Shown one piece after another: positions 9,323-21,697 of a stretch of DNA of 64,000 bases. This stretch comes from a virus (lineage: Duplodnaviria > Caudoviricetes), in the IMG/VR virus record IMGVR_UViG_3300001487_000119, positions 64,001 to 128,000 of that record; one strand, given 5' to 3'. Numbering within the stretch: position 1 is the stretch's first letter; the number at the start of each line of letters is the position of its first letter. The position numbers and the translations under genes are program-made. The notes under the pieces were generated by a model. The model made no database searches and was not told the origin of the DNA. It worked only from the letters and a program-made list of their open reading frames with translations.

Positions 9323-12300
9323 TTATTGATCTGATAAACGTTGAAGTGTGAACTTTTGAATAATTTTCTCCATTCCGTGATTCATCCACAAGTTGATTTC
9401 TACAACACATGCATCTGCTTCAATAACATCTGGTGTGTTATTAGTTTCATCACAAATAATTTCATAACGAACTAAAGCACCAGAGATTTGCATTGCAGAA
9501 AGAATTGGAGTAAGTTGTTGAACAATATTTGCACGAACTGCAGGAGTATTGTATTTAAAGTTATATTTCTTAAGAACTTTCTCACATTCAATTTCAGCAG
9601 TGTTAAGATTTTCACGAACATGAAGTTTATTAAAGTCTGACTTCATTGCTTGATAAGCTGTTTGATTACCATAAATCATGATAGAACCTTGATCCTTAAT
9701 AATTGTATTAACACCGAATGGTTCAAGATATTCACGATCTGTTAAGTCTGCTAAGAACTCAAGACCTTTAAGATATCTATTAGATAAGATACCGTTTTGG
9801 TTAGCACAAATTGCATATGGATCATTGATACCATTGAATTTACGATTCAAAACATTTGCTACATCAGCTGCTGGTGGAACTACAATCTCTTTACCATTCT
9901 CTTGGTAAATCAAGTGTGGCCAGAAGCATGCTGTAAACTTAGCACCGTCTTCTTCACTTGGTAAGCTGAAGATAACAGTTGAACCCATTTCAGTATTACC
10001 GCCTTCAGGAATATATTTAGTATTCATTGATGGACGAGCCTCAGCACCTGGAGTATAAGTATCACAGAAATAAGGATTAGAACTTACTGCAAATTGTTTT
10101 GCTGATGGCAAGTTAAGAATTGCAGTACATTTACCTCTTTCTTGTGCAGTAATTGATAACCAGCGTTTACCACCAAGTTCTGAATTAAGACCATATGACA
10201 TTGAGTCAATAATATAACGGTAGTCAACCATTGCAGGATTCATTAAACCGCGTTTGATACCTTCATCATTCAATACTGAATAAACTTTTTCAATACCGTC
10301 TTCGATATTAAGTTGACCATTTGAATCATAGCCTGGACGATGACGTGATGTAATTGTAAGACCCTTCATAGGAATAAATCTTAATGAACCTGAAATTCTA
10401 TCATCAGAAATTGGTAATTGACGAATAATTTCATTATTTTCAATAAGAACAGGAGCAGTACAAGTTACCAAATAGAAACCAAATTTACCGGTTGAGAACT
10501 CTGCATAATTACCATTATAATCATATGATACACCTTGATAAGAAATCTTATTATCAGTTTTATTATATGGAATAAATTGTTTTCTAATTACACGAGCAAG
10601 ACCTGGAATAAGTTGGTATTCTTCTGTTTGTCCAGCTTCATTTTTATATGTAATATTATGTACATAGTCACCAAGTTTAACCTTTGCATCAGACCATTGT
10701 GAAGCATCTGTAATAATAAACATATTCTTAGTATCTGCTGATACAGGAGCAACATCACCCCATAATGTTGGATCACTAAAGTATTTAACATTAGATATTG
10801 TTTCTTGAACACCGTCTTTATCAGCTTCAACATAATTATATGATAAGAAATTAATACCATAGTATTCATCTAATGCCTTATTTTCATCTACTTTATTTTC
10901 ATTTAATACTAGCAAACCATCTTTTTCTTCAGCAGATACAATATATAATTGTTTAGTACTTGGATCTTGTTTAACGCCTACAGTATATGATTCGCAGAAT
11001 GTTGAATTATCTAAAATAAAGAATGCAGAAACATCAACAGTATCATTATCTAATACTTTATCTTTACTAAGTTCAATATCAAAATATAATGTTTTTGTAG
11101 ATAATGTACCAGTATTAGAAACAACATAATAATTGTTATTTAACAAATCAGCTACATTTGCTTTACTGTATATTGAATTATCAAGCATTGTAACATCTTT
11201 AAGGAATTCAGATGCAACAAATTTACCTGGGCGAATTGCATCAACAAAATCATTAATAGATGGATTACTATAAAGTGATACATCAGCAATAGACGGATTA
11301 TCAACCTTTACTAATTCTGTTAATTCAAATGCAGGTGATTTATAAAATTTCTTTCTATCTGAATTATAAACATAGACACTTGCATCAATTGTATCTAAAA
11401 TTGGTGCTTCTATCCATTTTTTATCAACTGGTTCTTTTTTCATAAATGCTTCATGACCAACCATATCAACAATATATTTAGCAACAGATTCGCCACCTGC
11501 AACCTCACCGCTATTGTCAATATCTAATCCCCAGCATCCAGAATCAGGATCACTAGAACCAGTATCTTTACCAGAATAATCATATGTAAGAACATTTGCA
11601 AGATCTTGGTTAAATGACATTAACAAACCTGTTCTTTCAGTAGCAGCATTAACTTTCTTTTCAAGGTTAAGCATATTACCTTGTTTATCAGTAAAATCGG
11701 GAATAATACATCCAGTCCATGAACCAAGAACTGTTACACCTTCAGCACTCATGAATTGATTAATACGATTCTTGATAATACCTTTTTTATCAAAGAAACC
11801 TTTCCATACAGGATCTGTAGAAAGAACCGGATAATTAGACCAGTTACCTTTAACACAAACTACTTGAAGGAAATAATCAGAAATATTATCATATGGACGA
11901 ATCCAGCCAAACGGAATATTTTCACGGCCACCGAACCAAGATTCAGCAGTTACTTCATAACCTGGCATACTAGCTGGTTTGAATACCAAAATAGAAATCT
12001 CTTCTGTTCCAACATTTACAAAGTTAAGTAAGTTACCATTTTCAAATGTATATGAAGTAGGATTTTCTGGAGCATTCAAATTACGAGCAGCTTCGGCAGT
12101 TAACAAATCTTTATCTGGAACCCAGAAACGTGATCTGTTAAATACACTAGCAAACGGAGTTTTTGCTACATATGGAATATTATCACCTTTAACTGTTCCA
12201 TAAATAACTCTATCTATAGAATCTGCCAAATAATCATATTCTCCATATGTATTATCTGAACTATTACATGCAGGGTTAGCCTCACCAGCACTCATTGATA

Positions 12301-12637
12301 ATACTGCAAGGTTAACTTGATCTGGACCGCTATAAGCAGTAGATACATTTAATAAGTTAAGTGCAATAACAGGGCCACCGTTTAATAAGGTTCTTAACAT
12401 TCTATTAAAGTAGCTTCCTTTATGCTCTAATTTTGTATCAATATCACCAAATACTCTTACTCTGTCAGTATCATCCTATAATAAAACAGGACGGTTAAAA
12501 GGCCCTTTATTAGAGAAACCAACTAACATGCGTAAAGAATCAGTTGCTTCATCGATAGCTCTGACGGTGTTATCAACTTCAAGAGTATAAATACCAGCAG
12601 CTTTAAAAGAATTTAAATCAATACTAATTTTACCCAT
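9323..12637 (-). CDS. Contractile tail sheath protein (gp18-like), 1104 aa with large insertion domains (1 TAG)
   Basis: N-terminal AAGIYTLEVD...VGFSNKGPFNRP restored by reading TAG 12476-12478; C-terminal YGNQT, LHVRENL, ICDETNNTPDVI. Confidence 0.92.
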
Positions 12638-12798
12638 ATTATTTAAATTTATTATTTTTTATCTTTTTATTTTTATATTTATTTTATATTCAATTAGCAA
12701 AAATATAATTTATATAATAATACAATATTATACTTTTATTATTTATTTTCAGTTGAAAAAAGAAAAAATAAAAAGTGATTCAATTATTTTTGAATCAC

Positions 12799-13962
12799 TT
12801 AAACATTTAATGCATCTAACAAATTATTTGAAAAATATTGGTTCCATATTATTCGTGGATTTAGTTTTATATCTCTAAAATATTTTTTAATATCTGTTAT
12901 ATCCCATTTCTTTTTATTTCCAGATGATATATATGGATTAATTTCCGGAATATTAAATTCTGTCATAAATTTTTTCCATAAGAAAACATTATAGCCTTGT
13001 TTCATTTTGTCCATTGCATGCTCATTACCAGTATCATCTTTATCAAATATATACCAAAATGGGAATTGCATTGCAAAGTTTTTTCCGGCACCGGCAAGTG
13101 CAATACAATTTGGAAGTAAAAATGCATCAAATGGGCCTTCAGTAACAAATATTGGTTTAAAAGATGTATGTGCAAAATCAACATTAAATATATTGAATAT
13201 TAATGAGAGCTTGAGAATAGTTTCCGGAACCGGTGTTTTATCACCAAGCATTGTCTGTCTCATCTTTTCAATAGTCATTGTCAAATATTTAGGTTGGCCT
13301 TGCTTTGGTGTTAAATTTCTAATTTGCATTCCAAGAACTCTATCATCAACCAAATTCAATATAAGAATTTGATTATATTTGTCAGAATATAAAAATCTCT
13401 CATGATTTTGATATTGGCATCTGTTAATTAAATAGTTATATGCAATTGGTGTTGTTACACGCCCAATATCTTGCAAACCTAAAACATCCCTAATGTAATT
13501 TCTGTCTATAGCCCATTTATAAGCTTCCTCTTTATTAATAATGTTAGATGTTATATTATTTGAAAGTTCTTGAGAATTTGCTTCAGGATTAGTATAATTA
13601 TTTGAAATATAATTTATATCTGTCAAAGAAAGATCTGTCCCGAAATGCTTAAAAAACTTTTTTAGAGACATAGATCCACAACTATTAAAACAAGTATAAA
13701 GTCCTGCATGACGGCCTCTAAATGCAATATGCCCACGTTTCTTTCTTGGATCAAATGCAGAATCATGACAAATAGGACAAGCAAAATTAATTCCTGTTGT
13801 CTCCTTTTTAATATATTGTTTTTGACGAGTTTCTGGAAATTCTTTTTGTAGAATTAACTGAACTTTTTCTTGAATACCAGCTTCAAATTGTTCTTCAGTT
13901 ATATTAGCAGCTGTCAAACTTGACGAATCAAAATCTATTTTTAAAAAATTATTCTCTTCCAT
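12799..13962 (-). CDS. DNA primase (gp61-like)
   Basis: Zinc finger CPICHDS...CFNSC; TOPRIM VTEGPFDA...FDKD. Confidence 0.85.
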   Translation of the reverse strand: MEENNFLKIDFDSSSLTAANITEEQFEAGIQEKVQLILQKEFPETRQKQYIKKETTGINFACPICHDSAFDPRKKRGHIAFRGRHAGLYTCFNSCGSMSLKKFFKHFGTDLSLTDINYISNNYTNPEANSQELSNNITSNIINKEEAYKWAIDRNYIRDVLGLQDIGRVTTPIAYNYLINRCQYQNHERFLYSDKYNQILILNLVDDRVLGMQIRNLTPKQGQPKYLTMTIEKMRQTMLGDKTPVPETILKLSLIFNIFNVDFAHTSFKPIFVTEGPFDAFLLPNCIALAGAGKNFAMQFPFWYIFDKDDTGNEHAMDKMKQGYNVFLWKKFMTEFNIPEINPYISSGNKKKWDITDIKKYFRDIKLNPRIIWNQYFSNNLLDALNV

Positions 13963-14009
13963 TTTTAATTATTTAGTTAATAATTATATGATGAAAGAGA
14001 ATTTTGTTT

Positions 14010-14780
14010 TTACAAATTTATTACTGGACGAATTGGAAGCCCTTTGTAACGAGCGCACTAAGCACAAAAAATTTCAGGTTTTAATTTATTAGTATTAAAA
14101 TTTAATGTCATGCCATATTGCATATTATTAATTTTAGAATTAATAACTGTATTAGTCCAATAATTTCCATTTGTAGGATATTCATTTACATCTTTTTCTC
14201 CACATTTTTTACATGCTGGAAAAAATAATTCATTACCATTTTTCCCTATAAATAACCAGCCATCTAAATAATATACATTTCTATATTTTTCAACTGGTTT
14301 ATTTATTGTATTTTTTATTAATTCATTAAACTATTCAGGTGTTGGTATGCAAAACTTTAAATTACTATTCTAATACGCAGCATCATCTTCAGATAGTAAT
14401 GTATTTAAATTATCTTTATTATTATATTTAGTTAATTCTTTTCCAAATTTATATGTTTCCCATGAATATTCTGGCTTTGTCCCTAATTCTGTTTCACCCC
14501 AAGCAAAGTAATCACCATACCAATCTAAATATGTAGTATAATAAGGATCTTTATTTAAAAACCTCCAATCACACCCAAGATTATATTTACACCAAAGAGT
14601 TCCTGAAGGAAGTCCAAGATCAACTACTTCATTCATTAAATCTAACCATTCTTTAGTTCCACCTTTATACTTAACTTTACTACTAGTTTGACCTTGAATA
14701 TCATCTTGATCTTCAAAATCATCTAAAGCAAACTTAATGCCTCTATTAACAGCTTCTAATATTTTATTATAGTTTTTCAT
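14010..14780 (-). CDS. Leader-B + VDLGLPSG lectin-like domain protein (3 TAG)
   Basis: MKNYNKILEAVNRGIKFALDDF...VDLGLPSGTLWCKYNLG...GLPIRPVINL, ends TAA. Confidence 0.8.
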
Positions 14781-16759
14781 ATATTATTAATATCTTCCTT
14801 ATTTACAACAGCTCTTATTTGTAATCCAACACATCTATCAATATCTTTAATTGACGGTTTTACATTTTTGAATATATTTAATTCATATGCCATGTATTCT
14901 TTACCTTTAATATTTTCACATGCCCAATAATAACCGCCATATTTATAGATACTTAATTTATCTTTTTCCATAATATTTGTATATGGCATAAATAATTTTT
15001 CTTTATTAATTTTACTGATAAATGTAATACCGTTTAATCCTGTAATTCCTTGATAATCCTATTCAAATTTTATTTTAGTATTTTTTAATAATTCTTCAAA
15101 TTGTGCTTTTGATGGAATACAAAAATTAAAATTAAAAGATTTAGTTAATTTTTGAACAGCTGCATCATCATCTGGTATAAGCGTATTTAATTTATCAAAT
15201 CTGACATTATATTTAGGATTATTACCATATTTAGTTAATTTATCCCATGCACCGTTTGCATACTTATAAGTTGTCCAATCATATTGTGCTTTTGGTTCCA
15301 ATTCACCCCAAGCATAATAATTACCTATCCAATCTTTAGCATTATCTAATTTATCAATATTAACACCTAAATTATATTTGTGCCATAATGTTCCTGAAGG
15401 CAATCCTAAATCAACAACTTCTTTCTTTATATCTAAATATTCTTTCCAACTACCTTTATAATGGTTTGTTTTACTGCTAGATTGACCTTGAAGTTCTTCA
15501 TCATTATCAAAATCATCTAAAGCAAAACGAACATTATTATAATTAAATGATTCATTTAAATTTACTTTATTTTGATATGGACGTAATGTTACTTGCATTA
15601 TATAACATACTGTTGGAAATAAATTTTTCCATAAATAATTTTTGGGATCTGTTTTCTTTTTAAGATCAAATACGACAGGATCATTATTATTTAAAATAAA
15701 ATTAATATATAATTTCTTATTTTCAGCAAAATTAACTGTAAAATAAAAACCAAAATCAGTTTTTTCTAATCCAGTAATTTCAATAGTATCAACTAATGCA
15801 TCTTTTAATAATAATGTTCTTGTAATATTTTTATAAATTAATTTTTCATATTCTTTATTAAAATAGTCAAGTGCAAGATCAATACGTTTTTCTCTTGGCA
15901 CCGGTAAACGTCCAAGTGAATCTGTTTCTTCTCGGAAATATGTATATGGTATCATTAAAAAATGTAAATTCTAAATATATGTATTATATTCATTAATTTG
16001 TTCATTATATTCATCTATTTCATTTTCCGGATGATTGTTTATTTCTGCATAATTACGATTATCTTGCAAATCATCAACTAATTTTTGATAATGCTACTGT
16101 AATTTATAAAATTCTATATATTTTTTATTACTTTCACCTGTATTATATTTGTCATAACAATCATTTATAAAATCAACTAAATATTGTTCAAGATCCATTT
16201 TTATTTCATAGGTATCTTCTAATAACTTATTTTCAATTCCAATTTTATTATTTTCTTTGCTTTGTAATGAATTAGAATTTAAACTGTATTTTAATTCATA
16301 ATATTTTTTAACAGATTGATAACGTTCTAATAATGTTTTATCATTAGAAGACAAATCCAAACAATCTCTTGATTTAATATTAATTGTTGCCGCATTTTGT
16401 TTAATATATTGTGTAAATGTAGAACGTGTCTGAATTGTATTTTCTAAATATTCTAATAGATATTTAATAAAATTTTTAGGTTCATACATTAAAAATGATT
16501 CAAGATCCTGATACTTCTATGCACCATTTATCATTCCATAAAAATCATGAATATCATTTTGAGTATATTTAGTTTTATTATTTCTTAAATATTGAAGATA
16601 ACTATATATTTTTTTAATAATATTTTCAGATTTACCGCATTTTTCTTTTGGTAAACCATATTTTAAACCTACTTCTAATTTTTCTGATTTAGAAGGAACC
16701 TAATCTTTGATATGTAATAAATCTTGTCTAACTTCAAATTCTGAAATTTTATTTTCCAT
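14777..16759 (-). CDS. 660 aa protein: unknown N-terminus plus internal leader-B/VDLGLPSG module (5 TAG)
   Basis: ORFs 16094-16489, 15059-15955 and 14777-14989 share one frame and are separated only by TAG. Confidence 0.75.
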
Positions 16760-16869
16760 AATTTTATATATACATTTCTATTCAATATATTTATTAAAAC
16801 AAATGACTCTAGAAAAATCTAGAGTCATTCTTAAAAGAAGAATTTACTTATAATAATTACTCATCATAA

Positions 16870-17988
16870 TTATAGTATTTGTCCATTAAGAACATCATTC
16901 AAATCAAGTGCCATTGACGGAGCTGCTTGTTTCGGAGCTTCTGCACCTGTATTAAGCAATGCGTCAACATCCGGAATATTAGTAGGTTGGAAACCCGTAG
17001 GAGATGTTTGTGCAATGCCAAGTCCGTCAAGTCCAAATTGTGGTGCAGGTGCAGCTGGCATTTGAGGAGTTACCGGTGCAGCTGGCATTTGAGGAAGTTG
17101 AACAGGTGCTTGTGCAGTTTGAGCTGCCATTGGTTGTGTTGCAACTTGTGGTACACCTGGATTTTGAGCAGCTGCTGCAGCTTGAATAGATGCTTGAGGA
17201 TTAGAATAAATTCGAATACACTCATTTACAAATTCTGTTTCCTCTGTAGTCCAAGGATGATATTCATACTTGTCTGTATCAGGTGCATTCTCTTTAAGAT
17301 AATTGAATACTGCAGCCTTACCTTGTTCTGTTGCAATAGTAGCGGTAGTTACTACAGAAATTTGGGGTTGGCCTTGTGCATTATTTACTACAATACGCAT
17401 ACCTGATTGCTCAAGAGCTAAATCAAAGAATTGACATGCATCATAATTTGGAAAACCGCTAACCTCTTTTACTTGAACACTAAATGGACGTCCGGTAAAA
17501 AGATTGAATGGATTGTGTCCTTCACCCATAGGAGGATTCATTTCAGCATTAATCTTTTCTAAAATTTTAATTCCATATTTCCAAACTAAAATCTTATTAA
17601 CAAGGCTTGGATCTGACTTACAAGAAATAACCTGAACAAGTGAAACACATTGTTGCTTACGTGAAAATTGTTTAGAATTCTCTTGAAGAATAGGATTAGC
17701 AGCATTACGAAGTGCAAAGAATGTGTTTTGAATTGGATCTTGTTGACCAACTGTTGAAGGACAATCAATGTTCTTTTTTACTTGTGAAACCGGGTGAGTC
17801 AAATAAGCATAATACTTAGTAATAATAGACTTGTTTGCCGGATCCTTTGGATTAGGGAGGAAGCGAACTACTGCTTCAAAAACTCCATTTTGTCCTTTTT
17901 TAGGATTAGGACGAAACTCTGTTAATTGTGTTGGTTGTTGTTCTTGAACAACTGGTTTTGCATTAAAAAAATCATCAAAATTTTGCAT
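16870..17988 (-). CDS. Single-stranded DNA-binding protein (gp32-like)
   Basis: AVVRFLP, CPST, FNLFTGRPF..KEVSGFPNYD..F; low-complexity linker and acidic-hydrophobic tail. Confidence 0.85.
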   Translation of the reverse strand: MQNFDDFFNAKPVVQEQQPTQLTEFRPNPKKGQNGVFEAVVRFLPNPKDPANKSIITKYYAYLTHPVSQVKKNIDCPSTVGQQDPIQNTFFALRNAANPILQENSKQFSRKQQCVSLVQVISCKSDPSLVNKILVWKYGIKILEKINAEMNPPMGEGHNPFNLFTGRPFSVQVKEVSGFPNYDACQFFDLALEQSGMRIVVNNAQGQPQISVVTTATIATEQGKAAVFNYLKENAPDTDKYEYHPWTTEETEFVNECIRIYSNPQASIQAAAAAQNPGVPQVATQPMAAQTAQAPVQLPQMPAAPVTPQMPAAPAPQFGLDGLGIAQTSPTGFQPTNIPDVDALLNTGAEAPKQAAPSMALDLNDVLNGQIL

Positions 17989-18234
17989 TTTAAATATAAA
18001 TTAATTTTTATTTTTTCGACTTAATAATTGTATAAAATATTTCAAAAAAGGTTTCAATAAAATTAAACTTAAACTTAAAAAATTCTTAATAAAATAAAAT
18101 TCAAAAATCTTAAATAAAATAAATCACTAAATCATTAAATCTAAACATCAAAACCAGTTGCAAGAACCAATAAAAAGTTCTGCGTTGGTTTGTCTGTTTT
18201 GTATATTATATTTATTTATAAAAATAAAGTTTAT

Positions 18235-19197
18235 TTACATATTTTTAATAACAGAATTTATGCGTTCTGTATGTTTTTTAATAATTGGATCATTTAAAAA
18301 CGGTTTATAATATCTGGCAAACCATGTATGATATGCATAAGGCTCATTCCTATCATTTAATAGAACTGTTGTTATACCGGAATTATCCATTTTTGTTTCT
18401 TTGTCAGTATATAAATCAGAGCCAAAGAAATAATATATTGGCATTTTAGTCGCAAAAACAACCGCTTCTTCAATTAAATAATATAGTTCCATATTTGTTT
18501 TGACATTATCTTTAAAAGAATATGGAATTTGATGCGGTTCATAATTATTAGTTGGGTCATTTCTAACTATAGATGCATGCGGAGGTTCTTGCTTAAAATT
18601 CTTTTCTCTGTATTCTTTTCCTAATTGAATCATATTATTAGCCGCATTATCTATAATATTATATAATTCACTATTTTTATATTCTTTAAGTTTATTTACA
18701 AATATCTGATATGGATTTGGAATTTGAGAAAAAACATTTAAATTATTTGTATATCTATCATAATTTTCTCTAATTGCTTTTATATTCCAAAAACTTAAAA
18801 AAGTATTTACTAATAATTTAGACTGATTCCTATGACAAATCATTCCGCCATCTTGCAATCCCGCCAAACAATAATTTCCTGATTTAAATTTATCAAATTC
18901 TTTTACTAATAACTCAATATTTTTTATAAAACAATCTTCATCAATATATATTGCATATTCAAAATATTCATATTGAGATTGTACAAGTGTAAATATCATT
19001 TCATTAAATGCTTTTAATCCGTAATATGGTTTATTATTTTTAAATCCCGGAATACAAATAAAACTATTATCTGGAATATAATCAATATATGTTTTTAAAG
19101 AATGTAAAAACAAAGAACCAGGAAATTCTGAAATACTATTAGTTACGAAACATACTTTGCTATCTGCAAAATATTGTTTAATTTCTTCTTTAGTCAT
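18235..19197 (-). CDS. Putative GT-A glycosyltransferase-like protein
   Basis: YAIYIDEDCFI (DxD after a beta strand), late H-x-W; motif-level only. Confidence 0.45.
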   Translation of the reverse strand: MTKEEIKQYFADSKVCFVTNSISEFPGSLFLHSLKTYIDYIPDNSFICIPGFKNNKPYYGLKAFNEMIFTLVQSQYEYFEYAIYIDEDCFIKNIELLVKEFDKFKSGNYCLAGLQDGGMICHRNQSKLLVNTFLSFWNIKAIRENYDRYTNNLNVFSQIPNPYQIFVNKLKEYKNSELYNIIDNAANNMIQLGKEYREKNFKQEPPHASIVRNDPTNNYEPHQIPYSFKDNVKTNMELYYLIEEAVVFATKMPIYYFFGSDLYTDKETKMDNSGITTVLLNDRNEPYAYHTWFARYYKPFLNDPIIKKHTERINSVIKNM

Positions 19198-19339
19198 TTA
19201 ATTAAAAATATATTTTATATTATAAAACAAAATTATTGATTGGTTTTTCTATAAACATTAAAATAAATATTTTGATAATAAAATTTGACTTATTTTAGTT
19301 ACAGTGGTAACTAAATTATCAAAATTATTTTAATTATAT

Positions 19340-20068
19340 ATGAGTGGAAAAAGTAAAAAAGTTCACGGAACTAAACAAACTTTAGAATTTGTTGAGGAAG
19401 AGAAAAAGCTTCATGTTAAACAAATTAAATGCATGAACCCTCGCCAAAAAGAATTTTTAAAATCTATCGAAACACATGAGGTAACCATTTGTTCTGGTAC
19501 ACCAGGTTCTGGAAAAACATTTTTATCTTTGTATTCATTTTTAAAAATGTTGGAGAAAAATCAAATAGAACAAATTTTACTAGTTAAATCAGTTACGCAA
19601 ATTCCTCATGAAGAAGTTGGATTTTTAAAAGGATCATTAGAGGACAAATTATCGCCATCAATGCAATCATACTTTCATAATATTGACAAATTAATTGGTG
19701 AAGAACAAAGAAAAAAATTAATAGCGCAGAACAAAATTAAAGTTGTTCCATTAGCATTTATACGTGGTTGTCAATTTGATAATGCTGGATTAATAATGGA
19801 TGAAGTTCAGAATATTACAATGGATATATTTAAATCTTTAATAACACGTATTGGTTATAATAGCAAATATATATTTCTTGGAGATATAGAACAATGTGAT
19901 TTGCATAATAAAAAAGATGAAGCATTATCAAAAATAATAAAAATTTTTAATGATGATAAAAATATTGGTATTATATAGTTTAATGATGAAGATTGTGTTA
20001 GAAATCCAATTATTCCTAAAATATTATAGAAATTAAGAAATTATGAAAATGAAAATAAAATGAAATAA
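19340..20068 (+). CDS. phoH: PhoH-like ATPase (2 TAG)
   Basis: GTPGSGKT, GFLKGSLEDK, FIRG, DEVQN, GDIEQCD; conserved DCVRNPII lies after TAG 19976. Confidence 0.92.
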
Positions 20069-20233
20069 ATATTAAAATATAATTTATTTTTCTCCCTACA
20101 TAAACTTAAAAAATAAATTATATATAATTTTTAAATGTTTTTATTTGTTAAAATTATATTTTTAGAAGTAGGGAGCTTTAAATATAATAACAAATAAAAA
20201 CATTTTATTTTATAAAAATTAATTATTAAATAT

Positions 20234-21136
20234 ATGATAAAAGAAGCCTACGTTTATTCATATGTGAATAAAATTACAAAGAAAACCTATATAGGTAGTA
20301 GAAGTGGATATAACACATCTGCCGAAGAAGATTTTAATATTAAATATAAATCATCTAGTAAAAATAAAGAATTTTTAAATGATATGAATAATAATTTATT
20401 GGATGGATATATTATATTAAAAATAAATTGTGAAAATTCTAATAAAAAAATAGTTCAAATAGAACATAAATTAATATAGGCATATTGGAATAAATTTGGT
20501 AAAGAAAATTCTTACAATAGATATTGCAATGGAAATTTTAGTATGGCTGGACATAAACATTCAGAAGAAACCAAAGAAAAATGGTCAATACATCGCCGAG
20601 GAGAAAATAGTCCTACATTTGGAAGACATTTAACAGAAGAACAAAAATCCCATTTACGAACATTTTGTGGAGAAAAATCATCAATGTATGGTAAGAAACA
20701 TTCAAAAGAAGCATGTGAAAAAATAAGTAAAGCTTTAAAAGGCAGAACTTTTTCAGAAGAAACTAGACAAAAACTTAGTATTGCAGGAAAAAGTAGACAT
20801 GTAAGTGAAGAAACTAAATAGCGTATTAGTAAAACATTAAAAGGCCGAACTTTTTCAGAAGAAACTAAATTAAAAATGAAATTAGCGGCACAAGGTAAAA
20901 ATAAAGGAAGACTTTTATCAAAAGAACAACGAGTTGCTATATCAAATAGATTAAAAGGACATAAATGTTCAGAAGAAACAAAAATGCGAATATCTTCTAA
21001 ATTAAAAGGATTAAATAGAAAACTATATTTATATTATGATGAAAATAATAATTAGCATATAATGGATAGAGCTAATAAAAATAAATGGCATCCAAATTGG
21101 ATAGAAATAAAAGAAATAAAAAATAATAATGAATAA
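20234..21136 (+). CDS. GIY-YIG homing endonuclease with NUMOD3 repeats (3 TAG)
   Basis: YVYSYVNKITKKTYIGSR; repeated HSEETKEK / FSEETRQKLS; one frame to TAA 21134-21136. Confidence 0.85.
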
Positions 21137-21164
21137 AGGAGCAAAAATAATTGCTCCTTTTTAA

Positions 21165-21686
21165 TTACTCTGTAACTTTTGGTTCAGTTGGTTCTGGTTT
21201 CTTTTTAGATACCTTTATTGTTGGTACTTTTTTAACTTTAATTAAATTTTCGTTAATTAACTTATTTTCTACATCAGCTTTTGCAAAACCTTCATTAATT
21301 TGTTTTGGCATTGCCTCATATAATAAATGAGTTGTTACTGTATCATTTGTTAATTGGCTTTTAGGTTTAAACCACTTTTCAATCCAGCTGCGCATAAATG
21401 GAATATCATATATACCATTAGATGCAAGGCCAACTACTGCACAAAGACAAATAACTCCAAGCCATACCGGGTTTCCAAAAGTAATTACTTTGAGACCCCA
21501 TGCAGCACATGAAAATCCAGCACCGAGAACCCATGCAATAAGCTGTTTCAACCAAGCACGGTGCTTCTCCGGAACATACTTCTCAACAAGTCCTTGATTA
21601 ATTAAACCAGCGATAAAGGTAGTCATAGTCACCAAAATTGGTGCGATGTACCAGAATGCTTCACTAAAAATTCCTGTAATATCCAT
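21165..21686 (-). CDS. Putative holin / membrane protein
   Basis: Three hydrophobic segments ending VGLASNGIYD, basic C-terminus. Confidence 0.6.
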   Translation of the reverse strand: MDITGIFSEAFWYIAPILVTMTTFIAGLINQGLVEKYVPEKHRAWLKQLIAWVLGAGFSCAAWGLKVITFGNPVWLGVICLCAVVGLASNGIYDIPFMRSWIEKWFKPKSQLTNDTVTTHLLYEAMPKQINEGFAKADVENKLINENLIKVKKVPTIKVSKKKPEPTEPKVTE

Positions 21687-21697
21687 AAACTTTTTAT

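Noticed and set aside
16927-17406. Antisense or alternate-frame ORFs (also 964, 3119, 3709, 11756, 13007, 31682, 44119, 49983, 52066 and similar)
   Set aside because: Shadows of well-supported genes, with no recognisable motifs
20234-21136. Group I intron-encoded endonuclease
   Set aside because: Flanking genes are complete and the downstream one is convergent, so it appears free-standing
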